DNA of 64,000 bases. Origin: a virus. Lineage: Duplodnaviria > Caudoviricetes. The notes below the pieces were generated by a model. The model searched no databases. It saw only the letters and a list, made by a program, of their open reading frames with translations, and was not told the origin of the DNA. The stretch spans positions 128,001 through 192,000 of IMG/VR virus record IMGVR_UViG_3300028805_000037. One strand, given 5' to 3'. The translations under genes and the position numbers were made by a program. Positions within the stretch are counted from its first letter, which is position 1, and each line of letters opens with the position of its first letter. Of this stretch, positions 37,660 through 46,266 are shown piece after piece.

Positions 37660-39402
37660 ATGACAAGATTAGGGCCGGGAGTTTATACAGAAGATGGAGC
37701 AAATGCAAATTTAGCTTCTTCTTTATCAGGATTTAATATAACAGCAGTTATTGGTTTAGGTAAAAATTGGAAATTAATTAGTGATGTTGAAATAGTTAAA
37801 TCTGAACCTGAAACAAATGAACCTACAGCAAATGAATTACTTTATAGTAATGTAGTTGATACATTTATTGGTGATAAATTAATTCCATATACAACTTATG
37901 TTTTACCTATAACTTCTTCAAATGCTGGTTATTATAGAGTTAATTCATCAATACAAGGTGCTTTAGAAGTTGTAAGTAATGATACTGAAAATCCTACAGA
38001 TAAACAAATAAAAATTGAAAATGTTACACCTTGGCAAGAATCAGATTCAGTTGTTATTGGTGATTATGTAATTGAATGTAATGATGGTGATTATCTTGAA
38101 AGAGATGAAGATGTAACTGGAGTAAAATTTGTTATACCTACATTAAAAAATAATGATATAATTACTGATGCAAATGGAGCTGCAATAGATTTTGATGTTA
38201 TACAAAGTATAGTAAGTTTAGGAACACTTCCTGGATTAAATCAATATAATATAAATCAAGATTATATAATAGAAAAAATTTCTTCAGAAGATGAATTAAA
38301 TGGCAAAGCTCAAATAACTTGGTTATATAATAATTATCCTGCAGTTGGTAGCTCATTTTATATTACATATAAGCAATTAAAAGATGATAAAGATTATTCG
38401 CCTAAATATAAATATTCTACTGAATCTATAACTAATGATTATGGAGCTGAATATGATAATGGTGTTGTAAATTCATTATCATTAGCAGCAGATCTTGTTA
38501 TTGAAGGCCAGACTGTATTTGGTGGTGGAGTTCTTTGTTGTCAAGTAAAAGATAATACTCTTCAAGGTTGGAAAGATGCAATAGATAAACTTGATAGTAA
38601 AGTATTTAATACATATATATTAACAAATCAGCAAGGCGAATTTGGACAACAATTACAAACATATTTAAAAAGTAAAATTGAAATGTTATCAAGTATAACT
38701 TATAAATCTGAAAAGACAGCATTTTATATTCCATTTGATAAAGATATGGAAATAGAAACAATTAATGCTTATAGAGAAGCTTTAAATTCACAAAGAATAA
38801 CATTATTTGGTAATAAAACTTGTACAGTAGAACTTGTTGATAATACAACATTAGAAACTGAATTTGTAGAATTACCTTCAATTTATGCTTGTGCAAATCT
38901 TTCTGGTATTGAAGGAAATCCTGAATATACATTTAGTGAACCTATGTTAAGAAAGCAATTATCACCAAGAATAACATTTAATGAAGAACAAAGATATAAT
39001 CCTTCTGAAATGACTTCACTTGATAATAATGGCGTTAGTATATTTGATATGGATTTATTAACAAATATTTCTTATGTATATGTTATTGGTACCACTGATA
39101 TGACTAATGTTATAACCGAAACTAGAGCTGTTAGAAGAGAAACTGATTTACTTAGACAAAATGTAAGAAGAAATCTTAATCAATACATTGGTAAAAAGAA
39201 TAAACCTATAACTGCTGCTAGTGCTACTGAAACAACAAAAGCGATGTTAAGAAATTTTGTTAATATTGATGAGATAGCTGGATTTAGAGATGTTACATCT
39301 TGGTTTGATGAACAAGATCCAAGATTATTAAAACAATCATTCTGGTATTTAAGTTATTTGGAAACCAGATGGATTCATGTAACTATTGGAGCAGAAATTT
39401 AG
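37660..39402 (+). CDS. contractile tail sheath protein
   Basis: PGVYTE N-terminus; C-terminal RRETD.LR...YIG...DPR..WIHVTI. Confidence 0.9.
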   Translation: MTRLGPGVYTEDGANANLASSLSGFNITAVIGLGKNWKLISDVEIVKSEPETNEPTANELLYSNVVDTFIGDKLIPYTTYVLPITSSNAGYYRVNSSIQGALEVVSNDTENPTDKQIKIENVTPWQESDSVVIGDYVIECNDGDYLERDEDVTGVKFVIPTLKNNDIITDANGAAIDFDVIQSIVSLGTLPGLNQYNINQDYIIEKISSEDELNGKAQITWLYNNYPAVGSSFYITYKQLKDDKDYSPKYKYSTESITNDYGAEYDNGVVNSLSLAADLVIEGQTVFGGGVLCCQVKDNTLQGWKDAIDKLDSKVFNTYILTNQQGEFGQQLQTYLKSKIEMLSSITYKSEKTAFYIPFDKDMEIETINAYREALNSQRITLFGNKTCTVELVDNTTLETEFVELPSIYACANLSGIEGNPEYTFSEPMLRKQLSPRITFNEEQRYNPSEMTSLDNNGVSIFDMDLLTNISYVYVIGTTDMTNVITETRAVRRETDLLRQNVRRNLNQYIGKKNKPITAASATETTKAMLRNFVNIDEIAGFRDVTSWFDEQDPRLLKQSFWYLSYLETRWIHVTIGAEI

Positions 39403-39415
39403 TTTTAAATATAAA

Positions 39416-39541
39416 AAGGTATTGCGAACACCTTAGACTAGTTAAAAATATTAATTATTATATTTTTTAATATAATATATAAATGTAGCTTATAGAATCT
39501 AGTCTAAAGTTCGCAAAACTTAAATAAAATTCTATAGGCTA
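39416..39541. other. structured intergenic element with inverted CTAGTCTAA/GTTCGCAA copies
   Basis: Pairings 39422-39441/39499-39516 and 39486-39498/39529-39541. Confidence 0.6.
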
Positions 39542-39564
39542 TTTTTATTTATGGAGATATAATA

Positions 39565-39690
39565 ATGAATAAAGAAGAAATACAAAAAATTATTGATGAA
39601 TTTATTAAAGAAGATTTTATTGTTACAAATAGCCAAGGATGTTTAAATTTACGTAATAATAAAAATATAATAAATAAATATAATAATTGA
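39565..39690 (+). pseudogene. 41-aa ORF, probably truncated by IS607
   Basis: GGAG SD; MNKEEIQKIIDEFIKEDF... decays into AT repeats. Confidence 0.4.
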
Positions 39691-39770
39691 AAATATATAA
39701 AATAATATAAAAAAATATAAAATTATTAAAACACTTTAATTTAAATTTAAAATAAATGAAGGAATAATAA

Positions 39771-40385
39771 ATGAAATCAAAACAAGTTTTAAAATTATTA
39801 CAAGTATCAAGAGTAACACTTTCAAAATATGTAAAGACTGGCTTAATTAAAGTAACAATGAAAAAAAATAAAACTTATGATTATGATGAAGATAGTATAT
39901 ATTCTTTTTTGGGAAAAAATAAAGTTGAAGAACAAAAATTAAATATAATTTATGCTAGAACTTCAAATCCACCTAAAAAATATGCTGAAGAGCAATCACA
40001 AAGAGTATTAAATTTTTGTACTTCTAAAGGTATACAAATAGATAAAATATTTATTGATGTTAAATCTGGAATGAATTTTCAAAGAATAGAATTTTTAAAA
40101 TTAATAGATTTAATAATTAATAATAAAGTAAAATTAGTAGTTATTGAAAATAAAGATAGATTAGTAAGATTTGGTTTTGAATTATTACAAGAATTATTTA
40201 AAAAGTTTGGATGTGAAATATTAATAGTAAACAATTTGTCTGAAAAAACTTATGAGCAAGAATTAACTGAAGATTTAATTTCAATAATACATTATTTTTC
40301 TATGAAATCATATTCTAATAGAAGAAAATTAAATAAAATTAAAGAAGAATTACAAAACAATGATAACATTAAAAATCAAATATAA
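39771..40385 (+). CDS. tnpA: IS607 serine recombinase TnpA
   Basis: N-terminal HTH, YARTS, DVKSG, KDRLVRFGF, ELTEDLISII. Confidence 0.95.
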   Translation: MKSKQVLKLLQVSRVTLSKYVKTGLIKVTMKKNKTYDYDEDSIYSFLGKNKVEEQKLNIIYARTSNPPKKYAEEQSQRVLNFCTSKGIQIDKIFIDVKSGMNFQRIEFLKLIDLIINNKVKLVVIENKDRLVRFGFELLQELFKKFGCEILIVNNLSEKTYEQELTEDLISIIHYFSMKSYSNRRKLNKIKEELQNNDNIKNQI

Positions 40386-41727
40386 CACTAATTTAAATAA
40401 TATAAATATAATTAAACAATATCAAAGACAATATACTATTTGTTATAAAGTTATATATAAATATTTAAAATTAGGTTTAAAATCTAATCAAATTAAAGAA
40501 AAATTAAAAAATTATAAAAATATTAATTTAATTATAAATAATTCTTGGTTTATAAATTGTTTATTTTATGATGTTAAATGCATTTTAAAAGAAACAAATA
40601 ATGTATGTTTTAATTATAATTTACATTTAAAAAGAAATAAAAATTTAATAACAAAACAAGAATTTAAAGAAAATAAGTATTTTCAAGTTTGTTCTAATGG
40701 AGAAATAGATAAAAAATGTAATAGATTCTTTAAAATTTTAAATATTAATCAAATTTTATTTAAGCCCAATAAATATACAAAAATATTATTAAATTTGCAA
40801 AGTTTAGGTAAAAATAGGATTAAAATATTACAACAATTATTAAATTTACAAAATAAAAATAATATTTTATCTATAACTTATAAATTAAATAAAGATTATA
40901 TTTATTTAACATTTGATGAATCTAATTTATCTTTAATTAAATTAAAACCAATAAATAATAGAATATTTGCTATAGATATGAATCCTAATTATATAGGTTA
41001 TTCTATTATAGATTGGAAAGATACTGAAAATTTAAAATTTAATCTTATTAATGCTGGCATAATTTCTTTAAAATCATTAAATGATAAATATTTTAGTTTT
41101 AAAAAATTAAAATTATCATCTAATAATAAATTAAAATTGCATTTAACTAATAAAAGAAAATTTGAAATCTTTGAAGTAAGTAAACAATTAATAAAATTAG
41201 CTAAACATTATAAATGTGAATTTTTTGCTATTGAAGATTTAAATATAAAATCTAATGATAAAAATTTAGGTAAAAAATTTAATAGTTTATGTAATAATTT
41301 ATGGAATAGAAATAAATTACAACAAAATATACAAAAAAGATGTAATTTAATAGGAATAAAATTTAAAAAAATAATTGCAAATTATAGTTCTATATTAGGT
41401 AATTCATTATATAGAAATTTAAAATTACCAGATATGATTTTATCTTCTATAGAAATTAGTAGAAGATGTCAAGAATTTAATTTACAATATATTAAAAAAA
41501 GTAAAAAAGTTACAAAAAATATTATTTTTCCAAATTTAACTGAAAAAGTAAGAAATTTATTAAATCAGACTATGGAAGTATTGGGAAATAAATTTCAATT
41601 TGAAACAATCAATAATTTTTGTTATTTTTTAAAAAAGAACTTTAAAAATAAATATAGAGTTCCTCTAGATTTAACTAGAGTCTTTAGACAAAAACATTTA
41701 AAATATCAATTAATAAATTTTATATAA
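40360..41727 (+). CDS. tnpB: divergent IS607-type TnpB (no zinc finger)
   Basis: RuvC AIDMNP / AIEDL / NYSS..G / PDM. Confidence 0.8.
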   Translation: MITLKIKYNTNLNNINIIKQYQRQYTICYKVIYKYLKLGLKSNQIKEKLKNYKNINLIINNSWFINCLFYDVKCILKETNNVCFNYNLHLKRNKNLITKQEFKENKYFQVCSNGEIDKKCNRFFKILNINQILFKPNKYTKILLNLQSLGKNRIKILQQLLNLQNKNNILSITYKLNKDYIYLTFDESNLSLIKLKPINNRIFAIDMNPNYIGYSIIDWKDTENLKFNLINAGIISLKSLNDKYFSFKKLKLSSNNKLKLHLTNKRKFEIFEVSKQLIKLAKHYKCEFFAIEDLNIKSNDKNLGKKFNSLCNNLWNRNKLQQNIQKRCNLIGIKFKKIIANYSSILGNSLYRNLKLPDMILSSIEISRRCQEFNLQYIKKSKKVTKNIIFPNLTEKVRNLLNQTMEVLGNKFQFETINNFCYFLKKNFKNKYRVPLDLTRVFRQKHLKYQLINFI

Positions 41728-41827
41728 ATTTATATTGTTTTAAATTGTTTTTGTTATTTAAATCAATTTAAAAATTGGTATAATAATTTAAATTTAAAAT
41801 AGATTTGTATAAGAGAGGTAAAAATAT

Positions 41828-42361
41828 ATGTCAGATATTTTCCTAAAACCGGGAGTTTCGCGTTACAAACTTGCAACTAATTATGAATGGTATGCTGTTG
41901 TACCTGGTACACAAAAACGTATAAAAATTGGTGGTTGTCAATCATTAAATGATTCGCAAACAAAAAATGTTACAAGAACTCATGAATTGAATATGGAAGA
42001 ACCTAGATGTGTAGAATTAACTCAAGGTTTAGTTACAGATATAAGTGTTACTGTTTCTAGAATAGAATTAAATACATCAAATTTACTTGAGGAGTTTACG
42101 GGAATTTCGGGAATCGAGTCATTATATGATCAAAGTTTATATTTTGATATAGAAGCTGCAGTATATATACCAAGACAAAATGCTGATGGAACTTTTGATC
42201 CTAAAAAAGAAAATGCAACAAGAATAATACAAAGAACTTATAAGGATTGTGTTATTACATCTTATGGAAGAAATGTAGGAATAGAAGGGAATATACAAGT
42301 AACTGAAAATGCAACAATACAAGTAAGATATATACAACCTGGTAGTAAATCTGAAAATTAA
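41828..42361 (+). CDS. tail tube protein
   Basis: IGGCQS..., YKDCVITSYGR...VTENATIQ; follows the sheath. Confidence 0.8.
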   Translation: MSDIFLKPGVSRYKLATNYEWYAVVPGTQKRIKIGGCQSLNDSQTKNVTRTHELNMEEPRCVELTQGLVTDISVTVSRIELNTSNLLEEFTGISGIESLYDQSLYFDIEAAVYIPRQNADGTFDPKKENATRIIQRTYKDCVITSYGRNVGIEGNIQVTENATIQVRYIQPGSKSEN

Positions 42362-42376
42362 TTTTGGAGAAATAAA

Positions 42377-42733
42377 ATGAGACCTTGGACAAGAATAATA
42401 AGTAAAAAAGTAAATGCAACAATAAATTTTGCTAATATATTAAACCCTACATATTGGCCACTTGTTGGTGATAAAGCTAAACAATTTCATGTAGGTGATC
42501 AAGTTCAATTAAGTATACCAAGTAATTTTGGTCCTGCTCATGATGGTGGTGATATGCCTTCTAATATTGTTGATTTAAAAGATAAAAAGAATGGTACAAC
42601 TGGTAAAATAATTAGTATTGATGAAGTTCAAGGTATTCCTGGAAGTGATGCTTCGGCAATGACAATTATGCTTGATGATGGTGAAAGACTTGAAAATTTT
42701 CCAGCTGCATGGGTATTAAAAATAACTGAATAA
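42377..42733 (+). CDS. SH3/KOW-like protein with shared N-terminal leader
   Basis: MRPWTRIISKKVNA; FHVGDQV...GTTGKI. Confidence 0.6.
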   Translation: MRPWTRIISKKVNATINFANILNPTYWPLVGDKAKQFHVGDQVQLSIPSNFGPAHDGGDMPSNIVDLKDKKNGTTGKIISIDEVQGIPGSDASAMTIMLDDGERLENFPAAWVLKITE

Positions 42734-42772
42734 GCTTTTTCTCGCTACTTTTTTCATATAAAAACCTCCTTA

Positions 42773-42802
42773 AATAGGATATACGACTGGGTATATCCTA
42801 TT
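42773..42802. terminator. hairpin, probably bidirectional
   Basis: AATAGGATATAC...GTATATCCTATT. Confidence 0.65.
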
Positions 42803-42974
42803 TTAATTTATCTAAAAAATTATTTCTGTCTTTATCAAATATCAAAAATAAAGCAGCTTCTTTATTTAATTCAGCTTCATCATAATTTTTCTTATTTAGT
42901 TTTTCTATATAAATTTTGTTTCTATCAATAACAATTCTACAATGTGGTACTTTACATTTAAATACAAATTGCAT
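42798..42974 (-). CDS. 58-aa antisense moron protein
   Basis: MQFVFKCKVPHC...; AAGGAGG SD; TTTACA-17-TATAAT at 43002-43030. Confidence 0.7.
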   Translation of the reverse strand: MQFVFKCKVPHCRIVIDRNKIYIEKLNKKNYDEAELNKEAALFLIFDKDRNNFLDKLK

Positions 42975-43104
42975 ATATAACCTCCTTTATTTTATATAAT
43001 TATTATAATCAATTTTTAAAAAAATGTAAATAATGTAAATTTGTATTATATTATTCAAACTAAAAATTTAAATTTAAAATATGAGAAAAAAGGAGAGAAC
43101 AAAA

Positions 43105-43506
43105 ATGAATCCAATGGAAGAATTTAAACAGCAACAAACAAAAGAAGTAAAATTAGGTGATAAACTTACAATTTTATTTAAAGATTTAATGGCAAAAGAT
43201 TCAGCAGAAATTGAGAATCGTGTTGCTATGGTAAGTGTCAAAGATACTATGAGTGAATATCAAATGAGAAAAATTGAAACATTAAAAAGATGTATAGTAT
43301 CTATTAATAATGTTTTGCTTAAAGATTTTGATAATGTTAAAAAAGATTTGAGTAATTCTATTTCAGAAGATATTGCAATACAAAATGAAATAATGAGTTG
43401 GAATAGTATTATTACAGATAAAATATATAATTATTATTTGCAATTTTTAAAAGAAAGAAATGAGAAAATTGATAAAGATATCAATTTTCAAAACTCCCTA
43501 AGTTAA
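43105..43506 (+). CDS. tail assembly chaperone (gpG-like)
   Basis: Between tube and tape measure; AAGGAG SD before 43105. Confidence 0.7.
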   Translation: MNPMEEFKQQQTKEVKLGDKLTILFKDLMAKDSAEIENRVAMVSVKDTMSEYQMRKIETLKRCIVSINNVLLKDFDNVKKDLSNSISEDIAIQNEIMSWNSIITDKIYNYYLQFLKERNEKIDKDINFQNSLS

Positions 43507-43850
43507 GGTTTTATTGGAAATTACGTAAAATCTTTTCTAAAGAAGAAATAGATAAATGGGATTCTACTGATTATAATTGGGCTTATGATAATATAATTCA
43601 AGATAATAAAGAAGAAGATGATAAATTGAATTATATAATTGATTCATTAAAATTTTATATAAACCCTAAGATATATATTGAAGAAAAAGGTATAGATAAG
43701 AAAGAAGAACAAAAAGAAGTTGTACATAGTAATAAAGAAATAAATAAAATAGCAGAAGAAAAAGGTATTAAAAATACCGAATTCGTAATAAGTAATATAA
43801 ATAATTCTAGTGTATTTGATGATGAAATACCTATAATAATGGAAGAATAA
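43476..43850 (+). CDS. -1 frame extension of the chaperone (gpGT-like)
   Basis: The -1 frame is open 43476-43850 with no good start of its own; CAATTTT overlap. Confidence 0.65.
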   Translation, partial: RYQFSKLPKLRFYWKLRKIFSKEEIDKWDSTDYNWAYDNIIQDNKEEDDKLNYIIDSLKFYINPKIYIEEKGIDKKEEQKEVVHSNKEINKIAEEKGIKNTEFVISNINNSSVFDDEIPIIMEE

Positions 43851-43852
43851 TA

Positions 43853-45469
43853 ATGGCAGATAATAATAACTTTGTAAGAGATTCTATTAATCAAGCACAA
43901 AGTACTCCACAAGTTATAACAAAACAAGAAGCAGCAACATTTAAAAAAGAATATGGTGCTGACTTATTTAATGATTTACTTAAAAATAATACTATAGCTA
44001 TAGAAGAAAATACAAAAGCTATAAAAGATATACAAAGTCAAGATAGAAAAAATGCTGAACAAACTAAAAAACAAGAAAATGATAAAAAATCATTATTAAA
44101 TACAATTGCAACAAAATTAGCTACTATTAATTTAAGTTATGAATCTTTAACACAAAAACAAGATATAAATAATGTTATTAATAAAACAGCAAATGGTTTA
44201 AAAACAATAACAGATAAACTTGGTATATTAAGTACTACTATGGGAATATTTATTGACACAATGAGAATTGCTGCTCAAGTATCATTTGCTGCCAATAAAA
44301 ATCAAATAGAAAATAATAGATTATATACACAATTATTTGGTTTTAGTTCTTTATCAGGTCAAGGAACTTATGCTGTTCCAGCAACATTATTTAAAAGTAA
44401 ATTGCATGCTGCTACTGGAGTAAATTTTGATGAAAAAGATGAAATTAATCCAATGTTAAATATAATGGCGCAATCATATAATACAGCAAATTTAAGTGAA
44501 AATACATTATTAACAAGATTAAGAAATTCATTGGCATATAATAGAGTAAATCCAAATTTAGCTAATATTTATAATACAATGTTAGGACAATCAGGTGGAA
44601 GTAATGAATTTATATTAAATAGTATGGCTTTATTTGCAAAACGTTTTGAACATAATAATTTAGGTTTAGATAAATCTTTACAACAAACTAAGGCTTTATA
44701 TGAATCTAATAGAAGATTTAATATGTCAATGGGTGAAGCTGCAGGATATATACAAAAATTTAATAAACAATTACAAGATGGAACTTTAACTCTTCAAGAT
44801 TTGACAACAATGAAAAATATGGTTAAAGGTAATTCAATGGGACAAAATGCTGGTTTAGGACAAATGTTATTAAATGCTGGTTTAGGAACACCTAAATTAT
44901 TAACAGCTGCTGGTAATCCTGCAAAAATGGCAGTGGTATTAAGAGAAGGTGGAAAAGAAGAATTAGATGCAATACAAAAATTACTTTGGGATATTGCTTC
45001 TTCTACTGGTTTAGGAACTGATCAACAAGCCATGGGAGAAACATTAAGAGATTTATACAGTAAATTTGGTATTAATTTATCTGATCAACAAGTAAAATAT
45101 ATTTCACGTGGTAGAAATTATTCTTTACAAGCTGGAGCATTAGCACCATCAAAAAAGCAACTTATAACAAATGAACCAAAAGAAGCAATGGCTGAAGTTT
45201 TAAGTGAATATATAAAACAAACAACTACAGAATCAGATAAAATAACTAATAAAATTAAACAAGATGTAAGTGATTTATTAGGTGTAGTCAATGTTATGGA
45301 AAATGATTTTAGTAATTCTTTAAATAATTTTTTAAATGAAAGAAGTTTTGGTTCAATGCTAACAAGAGTTCTTATAAGTACAATTAAAATATTTGGTGGA
45401 GATAAAGAAGAATTAAAAAATGCAATAACTAAAAATGAATTAATATCGTATATTAATGATAATATGTAA
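43853..45469 (+). CDS. tape measure protein
   Basis: Helical A/G/L/Q-rich 538 aa after the chaperones. Confidence 0.7.
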   Translation: MADNNNFVRDSINQAQSTPQVITKQEAATFKKEYGADLFNDLLKNNTIAIEENTKAIKDIQSQDRKNAEQTKKQENDKKSLLNTIATKLATINLSYESLTQKQDINNVINKTANGLKTITDKLGILSTTMGIFIDTMRIAAQVSFAANKNQIENNRLYTQLFGFSSLSGQGTYAVPATLFKSKLHAATGVNFDEKDEINPMLNIMAQSYNTANLSENTLLTRLRNSLAYNRVNPNLANIYNTMLGQSGGSNEFILNSMALFAKRFEHNNLGLDKSLQQTKALYESNRRFNMSMGEAAGYIQKFNKQLQDGTLTLQDLTTMKNMVKGNSMGQNAGLGQMLLNAGLGTPKLLTAAGNPAKMAVVLREGGKEELDAIQKLLWDIASSTGLGTDQQAMGETLRDLYSKFGINLSDQQVKYISRGRNYSLQAGALAPSKKQLITNEPKEAMAEVLSEYIKQTTTESDKITNKIKQDVSDLLGVVNVMENDFSNSLNNFLNERSFGSMLTRVLISTIKIFGGDKEELKNAITKNELISYINDNM

Positions 45470-45480
45470 AGGTAATAATA

Positions 45481-46266
45481 ATGAATAGTACATTAGCAAA
45501 TTTAACAAATAGAATGATGATTGGTAATTATGATATACCATTAATTATTGTTATGCGTCCGAATCCTCAATCTTTTAATAAAAGAACACAAAAGATGAAT
45601 TCACAACAATATACAAATAGTGGTTGGATTACAAATCATTTTGGTAATGAGTTAGACGTAATATCAATAGAAGGTTTTACATCAGCAAAAGTACGTGAGC
45701 CTTTTAGACAATCAAATAAATCAACAAATATTGCTGCATCTATTGTAGATTCATTTACTGGTAAAAATAATACAGCAAATTATGGTCCAACTCAATGGGC
45801 TGATATTGATAGATTTATAATGAAGATGGAACAACTTGTTAAACTTGATAAAGAAAGATTAGGAAGTTTAATAGAAATGTTAAAATCTTCATTAGTCGGT
45901 TATGGTTTATCAAAAATTACAAATAAAATTAGTAATCCTTTAACTGGTGGAAGACAAGATTTTATTGCTTCTCAAAATACTACAGCATCACAAACGCATT
46001 CATTTATGATTTATCAATATGTATATTATTCTGGTTATTTTAATTCATTTGATTATAGAATTGATGTAAATGATCCAAGTAGATATAGATATAATTTTGA
46101 ATTTGTTGTTACTGAATCATCACAAGATTGGTTAACAAAAAATCTTATTACTAATTTCCCAGAAGCACGAGTATTAAATCTTTTCACCCAATTTAAAGAG
46201 CTTACAAATTATACTTCTAACTTAATTAGTAATGCTGACCAATTATTAAAAGGAATATTTTTATAA
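45481..46266 (+). CDS. baseplate/tube initiator protein
   Basis: NPQS...GW...ISIEG...YSGYF...YNFEF pattern; synteny. Confidence 0.6.
   Translation: MNSTLANLTNRMMIGNYDIPLIIVMRPNPQSFNKRTQKMNSQQYTNSGWITNHFGNELDVISIEGFTSAKVREPFRQSNKSTNIAASIVDSFTGKNNTANYGPTQWADIDRFIMKMEQLVKLDKERLGSLIEMLKSSLVGYGLSKITNKISNPLTGGRQDFIASQNTTASQTHSFMIYQYVYYSGYFNSFDYRIDVNDPSRYRYNFEFVVTESSQDWLTKNLITNFPEARVLNLFTQFKELTNYTSNLISNADQLLKGIFL

Larger units (their letters stand above)
39737..41801 (+). mobile_element. IS607-family element (ends approximate)
   Basis: Serine-recombinase tnpA overlapping tnpB, between sheath and tube genes. Confidence 0.8.

Noticed and set aside
39416-39541. HDV-like/theta ribozyme
   Set aside because: Could not build the nested double pseudoknot with a catalytic C by eye.
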